DNA of 52,878 bases, from the NCBI RefSeq assembly GCF_006345805.1, contig NW_021833943.1:1-52878 (forward strand), in the 5' to 3' direction. Both the position numbers and the translations under genes were made by a program. Positions 38,921 to 50,854 of this stretch are shown here, piece by piece. How positions within the stretch are numbered: the stretch's first letter is position 1; each line of letters opens with the position of its first letter. The notes under the pieces were generated by a model. The model worked only from the letters and a program-made list of their open reading frames with translations. It was not told the DNA's origin and searched no databases. This DNA is from Octopus sinensis (taxonomy: Eukaryota).

Positions 38921-40625
38921 ATATACTGCTATAAAGTCTATAGAGATACGTATAGGCTTTTAATACTGCATTTGACATAGACCATGCATTGAAATTTGAT
39001 TTTATTGGAAATAAATGAAAATAAAAATAATCTTGATGATGTTGATAGTAATAATCTGATAATGATATTTGTAGAATCAATAGCTACTACAATAATCGTT
39101 ACTATTACTGCTTCAGAGGTCCCTACTTATTATGATTCATTAAAGTTTTTATTGCTCTTCGATATCCGGTTGGCATTATTCAAAACGTCATGATCGAAAT
39201 GTTATAATAGGAAAACAGATTGCAAAGTTCATCTTCAAATATTTCCAACACTGATGCAAATCATTAAATCCCTATGCGGTCACTCGACTCGCTAAAAATA
39301 GCAATTAAATTTTCGTCAAACACCACCATATTTTTAAAAATAGCTAAATATATAGATAAGCTAAACATGAATATAATATACGAGAAAATAGGATAATAAC
39401 GGCAGAAATATTTTTATCAGCGGGTGCAAAATACCGTCAGAAGGTACAATTCTCCGCTAAGTGGATTGTACAATCCATACGAAGCCACCCCTGCTTTTTT
39501 TACGAAGTTTTCAAAATACTAAAAAAAAAAAAATTCAAAAAACAAAAACATTTACAAATACTCCAGGAAAACACAATATTTAAGAGGAACAATAAAACTG
39601 ATAACACAACGATAAAACAGAAAATACCCTTTCCAGCGTTACAGGTACCCTTTCCAGCGTTACCTGTAAAAGAATATACTTTTCGAAAAGAATATACTTT
39701 TCGCACAGAAAACAAGAAATTGAAAACAACAGCACAACGTTAAAAACGAAACACTAAAAATCTAAAAATTTTACATTACAATACTTACGGAACTAAAAAT
39801 ACATTTATGTAATTAACATATTTCGTTATCATCAGGGCATTCATGGTGCTATAATTTAGGAAACATTTTCACTATTAGAACACAGAACTTCTACATTTAT
39901 ACACAAATCGGATTAGAAACACACTTTTACAATAGGGGTGACCTTATAATTTGTATATACAAAAACAAAGACAAACATTCATTGAATATATAGACATCTT
40001 AATTGTTATTAATAATCTAATAGGAAATGACGCAATACTATGCTAGCTTTCAAAATAATGATAAAAAATTGCAACTTGAGACACATCAATATCATATATC
40101 ACACACACACACACTCACACACACACACACACACGCACACACACACACACACAAACACACATATACTACATGCATGCCGACAAATATTCATACATACACA
40201 TATACATAGTGATTGCTTCCTTTTCACAGATGATTGTCCTCGTTCTGTGCTTCCTTATTGTCAATGGCATATCTGACTTTCCGTGCATGACCTTTCAGAT
40301 GACTTACGTAGTCCTGTCGTAGATCTGCATGGCTTGAAACATAGGTGAAAGACGAAAGTTGTAACGTATTGTGCGCTTCCAATTGGTTAAGTTTGCATAC
40401 GTCACCACTGTTCCATCGTCGCAGGGCTTTCAGTTGATGGAATGACAAATGAAACATCTGTACCTTGGATTATAGTAAAAAGCACTTATATAACACGTGT
40501 ACCACTCTCTGAGTGTCTGTGATTAGTACGACGTGACAGGCCGAAGCGAGAGGACCAATGGTCACATGAAACAGTAGGTGCCCCACTTCTAGGAGGACAC
40601 CGTAACAACAGCTAGGAGTATCTAA

Positions 40626-40833
40626 TTCTTTACTACCCACAAGGGGCTAAGCACATAGAGGACAAACAAGGACAGACAAACGGATTAAGTCAATTATATC
40701 GACCCCAGTGCGTAACTGGTAAGGATGAAAGGCAAAGTCGACCTCGGCGGAATTTGAACTCAGAACGTAGCGGCAGACGAAATACTGCTAAGTATTTCGT
40801 CCGGCGTGCTAACGATTCTGTCAGCTCGCCGCC
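40626..40833 (-). mobile_element. SINE family B, one unit, small internal deletion
   Basis: Reverse complement of head at 40813-40835; ends at the GAAATA-equivalent position. Confidence 0.88.
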
Positions 40834-40917
40834 TTGCTAGGTTTCACTGTACCACTCTGACATAAGCCAAAAGTATTTCTGCGTCCTCGCGCTCAACCTA
40901 CCTACCTACCTACCTAA

Positions 40918-41027
40918 AGTGAAATAAAGTGTCTTGCCCAAGGACACAACACACATTCAGCTCCAGGAATCGAACTCAATACCTTATGATTGTGAGCCCG
41001 ATGCTATAACCAATGAGCCATGCGCCT
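40918..41027 (-). mobile_element. tRNA-head plus CORE SINE fragment
   Basis: Reverse complement GGCGCATGGCTCATTGGTTATAGC...GAGTTCGATTCC...TCCTTGGGCAAGACACTT. Confidence 0.7.
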
Positions 41028-41039
41028 TCGCACAAGCAT

Positions 41040-41720
41040 TTTGGGTACTTGATTTGCAAACACCTTATTATTGGTCCATAGACGTATTCTTTCTCTTGTA
41101 GTTTTCGAACAACATTGGCGTCCAGAAGGCAGCTGATTTTCACAACAGAACATCTTTTTCCTGTGGTTCCACACAGCAATATCTGTTTTAATTTCAAAAT
41201 TCCACCAACATTTTTATACCCATGAGTTTCAATAAGTCTCAATATCGTTAACTTTGTTGTAGGTGTTTTCTCTTTTGCTATCTTGTTCCAGACTCTTCTG
41301 GAGAATGTATTCCAGATATTGTCTTCATGGGAAGACAATATCCGGAATACAATGTCTTGCAGTTGACAATAATGTAGTTGATGTCTTCAGACTTGGTCTT
41401 GAACAGCCTACAATTTTTTGTTTGTCAACGTTTTCTGCCTTTTATGTTGTAGGTACTTGGATGGGGATTTCGCGTTCTTGGATTGCATGGAGGTAGCCCT
41501 CAAAGTGGGATGTCATAAATTTGTCGGTATCCCAGGCCAAGTTTTTGACAAAATCATTCCCTTCTATGGTTTGTGTTTTACGTGCCAAGTATCCATTTAC
41601 TATATTCTCAGCGAACCGGTACATTTGTCTTATTCTGTTCTTCGTTACCAATGAAACCTTGAGGAGACATCGGCATCAGCTGTTATTTCATATCTGTCAA
41701 GTTCAGTAGCTATCCTTGTT
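41040..41720 (-). mobile_element. RLE-clade LINE fragment (CCHC plus RLE), different subfamily
   Basis: EGYLHAIQEREIP, decayed C..C/H..C, WNFEIK...DIAVWNH...KISCLLDANV..KLQEKEYVYGPIIRCLQIKYP. Confidence 0.75.
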
Positions 41721-41809
41721 ATGTATGTATGTATGTATGTATGTATGTATGTATGTATGTATGTATGTATGTATGTATGTATATGTATGTATGTATGAAT
41801 GTATGTAAA

Positions 41810-42012
41810 GTTAATCCAAACATGAAAACACAAAGAGAAAACACAACAACGAGAGGACGTGGAACAAGTATAGTGTTATTGGACGCTCAGGAAAGGAAAG
41901 AAAGAAGGATGATTTAACGTTTCGAGCGGAGCTCTTCGTCGGAAGCATAGGAAAAGGAAAGATTCAAGGAAGGGAAGACGGAGAAAAAATCGCCAACGAT
42001 ACACACGCGGTC
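41810..42012 (-). mobile_element. Short repeat of about 200 bp resembling a Penelope-like terminal repeat
   Basis: Second copy at 49185-49380; minus strand carries CCGACGA-A-GAGC-TCC-GCTC-GAAACGTT, the motif style of Penelope-like repeats; flanked by microsatellites. Confidence 0.7.
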
Positions 42013-42040
42013 GTATGTATGTGTGTATATATATATATAT

Positions 42041-42157
42041 TGGCCTGCTCGCTTAGCCAGCGGGGTGGCGTCATTCGAAGGCTAAAACAATGCGAACGCA
42101 TTGTGACTAGCGATGTGTAGCAACATCTGATGGTCTGGTCGGTCACGTGATTACGTG
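42041..42157 (+). mobile_element. 3' end of a retroposon, probably RTE-related
   Basis: tggcctgctcgcttagccagcggggtggcg...ggtcacgtga recognised as a repeat tail; family assignment is from memory only. Confidence 0.5.
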
Positions 42158-42186
42158 ATATATATATAATATATATATATGCATAT

Positions 42187-42266
<80 letters not shown>

Positions 42267-43025
42267 CATGCATACATACATACATACATACACACATACA
42301 TACATACATATATATAGTAAGAAAGATAGCCAGTAAGAGGAGAAAGAGCCAGAGAAACACACAATAGGAGGAGAGATAGAGAAAAGCGGACTTTCAGAAA
42401 AAGATAGATGAATCACCAAATTCTAAAATATCCGCAGATCCAGTTTGCTTTTAAAAATATTGATTAGTTTTTAACTAGGCACAAGGCCAAACTTTGTAGT
42501 AAAATGAATCAATCCCATTGTGCAAATTTTACTTATTTTTATCGATCCCCCACCCCAGCAGACAGCTAAAGCATGAAATCGACCCAACCAGGATTTACGT
42601 TCGAGACTATAGCAACCAACCCTTAATAATGTAATGTATTTAATATATAGCCCAATTCTTTGGCATCTCGGCTGCCCTCAGTTTATAATCAATTAAAATA
42701 CAATGAAATTCGCAGCTTATTTGCAAACAACTTTTAGGTAGATGGAGACGTGAAGTAGCCTTCAATTCAAATTTAATATCGGCGTTGTGTCGTTGGTTGC
42801 AATATAATTTAATTCTATGAGCTTCACTTCACTATGCTGTCAATAATAGGTAGCAAATCTTCTAAAATGCTCTCACGGTGAGATGGACCATGAAAACTGA
42901 ACTAAATACTGACTCTTAAAGATAACTCTCTTGAGGCCCAAGATACATTTGCATATTTATTAGTTAAATAGGCAGAGATAGAAGGCGAGATAGATAGATA
43001 GATAGATAGATCGATAGACAGATAG

Positions 43026-43094
<69 letters not shown>

Positions 43095-43734
43095 GAAAGC
43101 AAGGGAGATAAAGGGAGAGTAATGTCAAAGATAATGAGGAAAAAACATGAAAATGTAGAACAAGTACGGTGTAAGCTAGTATTGAAATAGTGATAAGGTT
43201 TACAAATTGTTTTTAAACGAAAATACATGTATAAGAAATAGGTATGAAAAATTAAACGAAGGAAAAAAACAATCAAAGAATTTTACACATGAAAATAATT
43301 ATATAACGGTGAATGGAAGGAGAAAAATACAACGTCAAAATGGATTTCTTTTGATGAGATCTTCCGCCGATACTTCTAAGGGGAGGTAATGCAGTTAGTG
43401 AATTTAACACCAATGCATCACTTATTTGTTGCTGAAATCCATCCAAATGATAACTTACAAAAAAAAAAAAAAAAAAACCAAAAGAATTAGTGGCAAAGTC
43501 GAGTCTAGCAAATAATGACAATCTTAAAGTGATATATTTATATCATTGTTTTCCCCCCGTTTCCGTAGTCACTTCCCTTTCCTATCTGTTTTCTCTGTTT
43601 TTTTCCCCAGTTTTATTAGATTTTTCTCTCTCCTCTTTGCATTCCTTTTCTTCTTTTTTTTTTTATTTTCTCGCGATCTTCCTTTTCCTTCATAATTCCT
43701 TTTGCATTTCTCTCCATCATCCTTATTTTCTAGC

Positions 43735-44100
43735 TTCTTCTTCTTCTTCTTCTTCTTCTTTTTCTTCTTCTTCTTCTTCTTCTTCTTCTTCTTCTTCTCT
43801 TCTTCTTCTTCTTCTTCTTCTTCTTCTTCTTCTCCTTGTTCTTCTCCTTGTTCTTGTTCTTGTTCTTGTTCTTGTTCTTCTTGTTCTTCCTCATCATCTT
43901 CTTCTTCTTCTTCTTCTCCTTCTCCTTTTTCTTGTTCTTGTTCTTGTTCTTGTTCTTCTTGTTCTTCCTCATCTTCTTCTTCTTCTTCTCCTTCTCCTTC
44001 TCCTTTTTCTTGTTCTTGTTCTTGTTCTTCTTGTTCTTCTTCTTCCTCACCATCTTCTTCTTCTTTTCTTCTTCTTCTTCTTCTTCTTCTTCTTCTTCTT

Positions 44101-44148
<48 letters not shown>

Positions 44149-44170
44149 TACTACTGCTACTGCTGCTACT
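43735..44170. repeat. (TTC)n/(TTG TTC)n/(CTA)n compound microsatellite with higher-order blocks
   Basis: Direct reading; a block of about 65 bp recurs roughly three times. Confidence 0.95.
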
Positions 44171-45097
44171 ACCGCCATACACACTCTCTCTGTTTACCAA
44201 GCTCCGTCTCTATTGATTGCTAGTATCTATTTACCAACTCATTAGTCAATCTATTTGCTAGTGAATATGTTTACCAAGTGTATTCTTTAGTGAATTGATG
44301 TCACACTAAACAAAAGCCTTCTCAAAAGTCGAGTGTCATAGTAGTATTAGTTTAGCGTATGTAGCTTTTGATATAATGATAACTATTGAATTTATATATT
44401 CTGTTAGCATGCTGGAAAATTCTAGAAGTTTTTCAAAAAGCCTGTCTGCATAAAATATTTCATCTGCAACAGCAACACGTATTTGTATGTATAAATAATC
44501 ATATCATATATATAGCCTTCTGTTTAGCATGATAGGCGCGAGAGAGAACATCACTATTGAGTCATTCGATATCCATAATGATATCTAATCTCACAGAGAT
44601 CTCAGAGTTGTGAATGGGTCTAGCACCTTAAACACAAAGGCTAGAACATAGTCATAGAGTAAAGGAATGTTGGATTTAAAAATATTCAATTGTCAGAGGA
44701 GGACAAACGTTAACTGGGTGATGTACTGTAAAGAGGTTGAGTTCACAAATCGGTTTTAGAAGAGCTAAATCGTATACAATGATTGATGAACAACGTTGGA
44801 ACAGAAACTAGTTCAGGAACTGACTGAGTCATATACACATGTGGTTACTGAAGATATGAAATTTCGACGAAGAAAGTGGGCAAGTCGGATTTCGTTTCCA
44901 GTTGGAGATATTCGCTTTAGTAATGCTCTAGGAAAAAAGTACCATTACCGTCTTGAAAACATTTTTGTTCTTATCATCTTACATAAATAAGATGATTAAC
45001 ATACATTTCAGATGATACTAAGTGCTGTGCATAGATGTGTGTTTATTTAAATATTAAAATTTACACAAGTTGTTTCTATAATGGAATGCTGAATATA

Positions 45098-45490
45098 GGC
45101 GCAGGAGTGGCTGTGCGGTAAGTAGCTTGTTTACCAACCACATGGTTCCGGGTTCAATCCCACTGCGTGGCACCTTGGGCAAGTGTCTTCAACTATAGCC
45201 CCGGGTCGACCAAAGCCTTGTGAGTGGATTTGGTAGATGGAAACTGAAAGAAGCCCGTCGTGTATATGTTTATATGTGTGTGTGCGTGTGTGTTTGTGTG
45301 TCTGTGTTTGTCCCCCTAGCATTGCTTGACAACCGATGCTGGTGTGTTTATGTCCCCGTCACTTAGCGGTTCGGCAAAAAGAGACCGATAGAATAAGTAC
45401 TGGGCTTACAAAGAATAAGCCCCGGGGTCGAGTTGCTCGATTAAAGGCGGTGCTCCAGCATGGCCGCAGTCAAAATGACTGAAACGAGTA
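45098..45490 (+). mobile_element. CORE-type tRNA SINE (family C), full length
   Basis: GGCGCAGGAGTGGCTGTGCGG head, GGTTCAATCCC B box, CACCTTGGGCAAGTG CORE, internal (TG)n, 3' CAGTCAAAATGACTG hairpin. Confidence 0.92.
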
Positions 45491-46269
45491 AAAAAAAAAT
45501 AATATATATATATAATAGTCGGCGAATCTCAATGTACTGTTTAACAATGTCTGATGGGATGTTAACCTTTACAACGACACGTTGGTGAGTAGTGTAGAGC
45601 GCCAATCTTTGGGTATTTAGTTTTATTAGTATTTGGTTTCGCTCTTCATGCTTTATATTCCTCTCTCCAGCAAGTATTGACTTAAAACTATTGAAAAGCG
45701 ATTAATAGCTGCCTCATCTAAAGTATATAACTGAAATCCGATATGCTATATATATAACAGTTAGCTTGTGATTATTTAAAGGGAATTAATATGTATTTAA
45801 TCAAGGGTATTTTATATATACACAGCAAAGACAACATATAAAATTTGAGATGTTTTTACTTTATCAAGAATCTAAGATGTATGTTTGAGATATAATGAGG
45901 AAGTGTACTATTTACAAAGCAATTGTTTTATTTTTCCGACTAGGAATCTCATTTTACTATTGTTCAATGATTTTGCTACTGTTCAATGATCAACATTTTC
46001 TGCAGAACTCTGCATCGGACACATTATTTTATTTATGGACAACATATGGATATCTATCGATCAAATCTGAAAAATTATATCATTTAGTTGTTAAGATGTA
46101 TATGTAATATATCGGGCGTGTATCAGAATATATTAGTGATGAGAATGGCATTTAGAATGGCATTCTAACAGTGGCGTGATGTGTATAGAAGTGTGTCGGG
46201 ATAATGTGATATGTGAGTAGTGTTTATAGACGGTTTTATGTTAGGGTGATATATTATAATGAAGCACTG

Positions 46270-46407
46270 TTGCTGTTTTTTAACCTCTAGGTTAGCTTGA
46301 AGGTGTTTTAGCAATGACCGTTCTCTATCAGAGAGTACATACTCTCTGATAGAGAATGGTCGTTGCTAAAACACCTTCAAGCTCACCTAGAGGTTAAAAA
46401 ACAGCAA
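46270..46407. repeat. Near-perfect 138-bp palindrome (68-bp arms, 2-nt centre)
   Basis: Three differences between arms; internal TTAA|CCTCTAGG ... CCTAGAGG|TTAA. Confidence 0.95.
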
Positions 46408-46885
46408 TGTTCAATGTATATATTTCCCTTTTTTCTTTTTAGGGCAGTAGAATGTGATTTGAAGGAGAATTAGTAGATATTTCTAATAGGTCCAAAGCCA
46501 AAGTAAAGGCTCCCTGTAACTGACGGAGGAGAGTATCAGTGAGGTGTGCTATGTATATAGCATATATAGGGTGGTGCTTTATGAACAGTGGAACGACGGG
46601 TAGTTCACATTTTGGGATGGGAGTCAATTTACAGAAAGTAAAAGGTTTGTTGAAAGAAAAATGGTCTCCACAACTGTACAAAATGCTCCACCGTAGGTAA
46701 TAATCTGGGACAGGTCAAAATCCAGCAGTGTTAGACATTAAGAGCACTACATTAATTGAATAGGGGAGGAACAAACTTCGTGTCTCACCACCATAAGGAT
46801 TAATAGTTAACTACATATTCTAATGTTTTATTAGTAGCAGCAGGTGTCAGAATCGGTAAAGTGTTTGACAAAATTACTCTCAAAA

Positions 46886-47049
46886 GGCGCAGGAGTGGCT
46901 GCATGGTACGTAGCTTGCTTACCAACCACATGGTCCTGGGTTCGGTCCCACTGCGTGGCACCTTGGGTAAGTGCCTTCTATTATAGCTTCCGGCCGACCA
47001 AAGCCTTGTGAGTGAATTTGGTAGACGGAAACTGAAGAAGCCCGTCGTA

Positions 47050-47102
<53 letters not shown>

Positions 47103-47357
47103 GTATGTATATGTATATGTATGTGTGTGTATATGTATGTGTGTGTATATATTTGTGTGTCTGTTTGTCCCACCCAACATCGCTTGACAACCGACGTTAG
47201 TGTGTTTACGTCCCCGTAACTTAGCGGTTCGGTAAAAGGCACCGATAGAATAAGGCTTACAAAGAATAACACATGGAGTCGATTTTCTCGACCAAAAGCG
47301 GTGCTCCAGCATGGCCACAGTCAAATGACTGAAACAAGTAAAAGAGTAAAAGAGTAA
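46886..47357 (+). mobile_element. CORE-type tRNA SINE (family C), full length
   Basis: As 45098-45490, with expanded internal (TA)n and a (GTAAAAGA)n tail. Confidence 0.92.
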
Positions 47358-47932
47358 TATTTAGTTATGCCTCTTTATGTTCTAATTTCAAATCTCATTC
47401 AGATCAACTTTGCCTTTCATCCTTTCAAGGCTGAAAAATAATCTCCTGATTCGGTGAAACAAATATCAGCCAATACTGGGTTGATCATATTGATACTTAT
47501 AACATCCTGAAATTGAATATTTATTTATTTCGTATTATTTGCAAAGTTACATTTATAGAATCTTCGACGCTTTTTTTCATTTATCCGGAAGTAACGCCTC
47601 ATCATCTCCAAACCTTCTTTTAACTATAGTTAGCCGAGTAAACAGTATTATAACGAGTAAATAATTGGCAAGTAAACAGTTGTTAGACGATTAAAAAATA
47701 AATAGTTTCATTCCATGAGTTGTGTTAATCGATTAAATATGTGCTCTGCGCTAAAATGCAACAGTGACGACTGTTGTGATCGTTTAAATATGATCATTTA
47801 CTTCTTCAAGATGATTTATCCGGAAACATTCCATTTATCAGATTGTGATGTCGTATTTGAATGCATCGCCATTAATGTGAAAGTGTGTAGTATGCCAATA
47901 CCTAAACCTTGAGTTCACGAATTATACATGTA

Positions 47933-47974
<42 letters not shown>

Positions 47975-47985
47975 ATATATATATA

Positions 47986-48230
47986 CGTCGGAGTAAGCAA
48001 TAAATGTGAAACAGGTGGAAAAAAGAGTACTCAAATACCAGAGGTAGAGTAATGTGCTTTATATAAAAGCAGCAGAAGTATAGCAAAGCTGTTACTCAGA
48101 GTTTCACGTTCCCGTTCGTCGGAAAGGTTTTGTTGAATTTCTGCTGCTTTTAAATAAAGCATATTACTCTACCCTTGGTATTTGAGTACTCTTTTTTCCA
48201 CCTTGTTTCACATTTATGTGTTTACTCCGG
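47986..48230. mobile_element. Fold-back element (about 90-bp arms) embedded in (TA)n
   Basis: 47989-48077 is the reverse complement of 48139-48229 with a few substitutions and indels. Confidence 0.9.
48089..48126 (-). ncRNA. Minimal type I hammerhead-like motif at the fold-back apex
   Basis: Minus: CTTT-CCGACGA-ACG-GGAA-CGT-GAAA-CTC-T-GAGT-A-ACAG. Core has C at position 4 and stem I has one mismatch, so this copy may be inactive. Confidence 0.65.
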
Positions 48231-48741
48231 TATATATATATATATATGTACACACACACACACATACACACACACACACACACACTTACATGCATGCATA
48301 CATACATATAGACAGACATACTCACATACGCACACACACATACATACATACATAATACATACATACATACATAACATGCATCCATACATACATACATACA
48401 TACACACATACATACATACATACATACACACATACATACATAAATACATACATACATACATACATACATACATACATACACCACATACATACATAAATAC
48501 ATACATACATACATACATCATACATACATACATACACCACACACATACATACATACACACACACACAACATACATAAATACAAACATACATACATACATG
48601 CATACATACATACATACATACATACATACACACACCACACATCATACCACACACACACACAACACACACAACACTTACACATGCATGCATACATACATAT
48701 CGACAAACATACTCACATACGCACACACACACACACACACA

Positions 48742-48772
<31 letters not shown>
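48231..48772. repeat. (CATA)n/(CA)n compound microsatellite
   Basis: Direct reading. Confidence 0.95.
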
Positions 48773-48774
<2 letters not shown>

Positions 48775-49184
48775 CGAGTGTTCTTATGAAAAGGTATGTA
48801 TATAGATGGAACATTTTGCATGTATGTTACTATGTGAGGGAGATGGTTAAAGAAACATTCATATGTAAGGGTTTATATTTGCTTAGGTGTTTTCTTGAAT
48901 GCACCCGTGAGTATGTAACTGTGTAGTGTACATATATGCATACACACGCACACGCGCACACACATACATACACGCACACACGCACACGTACAAACACACA
49001 TACGTGGGCGTGTGTGTGTGCGTATGTGTGTGCATATATATATTTGAAATTGATTATACTTATAAAGCAATGTGTATAAGAGAACGTAAATGGGAGATTG
49101 TAATTATATGTAAGGGTATTTGAAACCATATATAAATATTCATGCACTATTGTTTATATGCATGCATCTATGCATATATATATG

Positions 49185-49380
49185 GTTAATCCAAGCATGA
49201 ACAAAGAGAAAACACAACAACGCAAGGACGTGGAACAAGTAGAGTGTTATTGGACGCTCAGGAAAGGAAAAAAAGAGGATTTAACATTTCGAGCGGAGCT
49301 CTTCGTCAGAAACATGGGAAAAGGAAAGGTCCAAGGAAGGGAAGACGGAGAAAGAAAATTGCCAACGATACACACGCGGT
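49185..49380 (-). mobile_element. Second copy of the Penelope-like terminal-repeat-type element
   Basis: Homologous to 41810-42012; minus motif TTT-CTGACGA-A-GAGC-TCC-GCTC-GAAATGTT-AAA. Confidence 0.7.
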
Positions 49381-49619
49381 AATATATATATATATATATA
49401 TATATATAGGAATTATGCTCTAACTATACACACATCAATATATCTAAACATTCACACTACTTATCTATCTCTCTTTCTCATTCTCTACCTCTCTCCATCC
49501 ATCAATTCATCCAACGATACTTTCTCTTCATAAAACAGGTTCATATTCAGTAATAATACTCCGAGTACATTATTTATGAGGCTTTGCTGAAGAAACCAGA
49601 AAACCACTCAGTTTATAAA

Positions 49620-50854
49620 CGAGGGTGGGCTGAAAATTTCATTGGCTGACTATGAAGGAATGATGCTAGAACTGTGAAATCTTGCAGGCATTCATTTCAA
49701 CTTTACTTATTTATAGCTGTCTTGTGTCTTTCCAGGTAAAGCAACAGAGACGTCAAAAGTGACTAGTAGAGTATTCTCTTGAAAACGGTGTTATCAAGTA
49801 TCTCCGAAAAAAGGGTTTAGCTCCTATCCCTAACAACATTCATACTGACACGGTTACTACGTTAGGTGATGACGCTCCAGCTTTATCAACAGTGAATTCA
49901 GGAGCCGCTGAATTTTGGATGGGAGAGAATTTTGGATGGAAGAGTGTCGAAGATGATTCACGGTCAGGACGTCCTGCATCTGCAACCATCGAGGAAAACA
50001 TTGATCGTGTTCATCACAAGCTGATGGACGACAGGCGATTGACTATAAATCAAATAACCAATGATTTTTAATTTATCCTGTGAATGATATGAGAATATTC
50101 TACGTAATGAACTTGGCATGATGAAGGTTTCTGCTCGGCGGGCGCCAGTTCTGATCACCAGTCTGATCACCTCACGAGAAAATCTGTTTGTGGCAGGTTC
50201 AGCTGGTTTCCTTAAACGTTTCCTAAAGCAGGATGAGTGTTGAACCAGAGACAAAGAGACAATCCATACAGCAGAAACACCCCTCGTCACCTGCTCTAAT
50301 GAAGGCCAACGTCTTTTCATCTGCAGAGGAGGTAACAGCCTCAGTTTTTTGCGGTGCAGAAGGCATTATTTATTGACTATCTTCGAAAGGCCCATACCAT
50401 CAATGGAGAGTACTATACTAACCTACTGAGGCAGTTACGAAAGGCTCTCAAGACCAAACATTCAGGAAAATTGACGAAAGAGGCTTCGTTTCATCTGGAC
50501 AATGCTCCAGCTCACAAGTCCTTGGTTTCTGTGGCTGTTGTACCTGTCTGTTGCTTTGAAGTGGTTGATGACCCACCCTATTCTCATGGCCGCATTTGAC
50601 TATCATCTGTTCCCCAAAATGAGAAAATATTTGGCTGGAAACTAGTGTCGCAGTGATGATGACGTCATATCTGCTGTTGGTGACTTATTCGACCAACAGG
50701 ATGAAAGGTTCTTTACCAATGGATCCAAGTACTGCAACACCGATGGAAGCAAGTGTATGGACCGCAAGCTGGATTATGTTGAAAAATAAATCTTATTTGG
50801 TTAGGATCTATGAGAGTATCATGGTCAGCCTATAAAATTTTCAGCTGACCCCCG
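49620..50854 (+). mobile_element. Near full-length mariner (DD34D-type) with pseudogenised transposase
   Basis: TIRs CGAGGGTGGGCTGAAAATTTCATTGGCTGAC ... GTCAGCCTATAAAATTTTCAGCTGACCCCCG; peptides SVEDDSRSGRP, KVSARRAP, FIDYL..TINGEYY, LDNAPAH, PYS..FDYHLFPKMRKYL; multiple frameshifts. Confidence 0.93.

Noticed and set aside
40310-40462. Minus-strand CFICHSIN*KPCDDG as a Ly6/quiver-like exon rescued by stop-codon editing
   Set aside because: The remaining cysteine pattern is absent and the acceptor is weak; not supportable.
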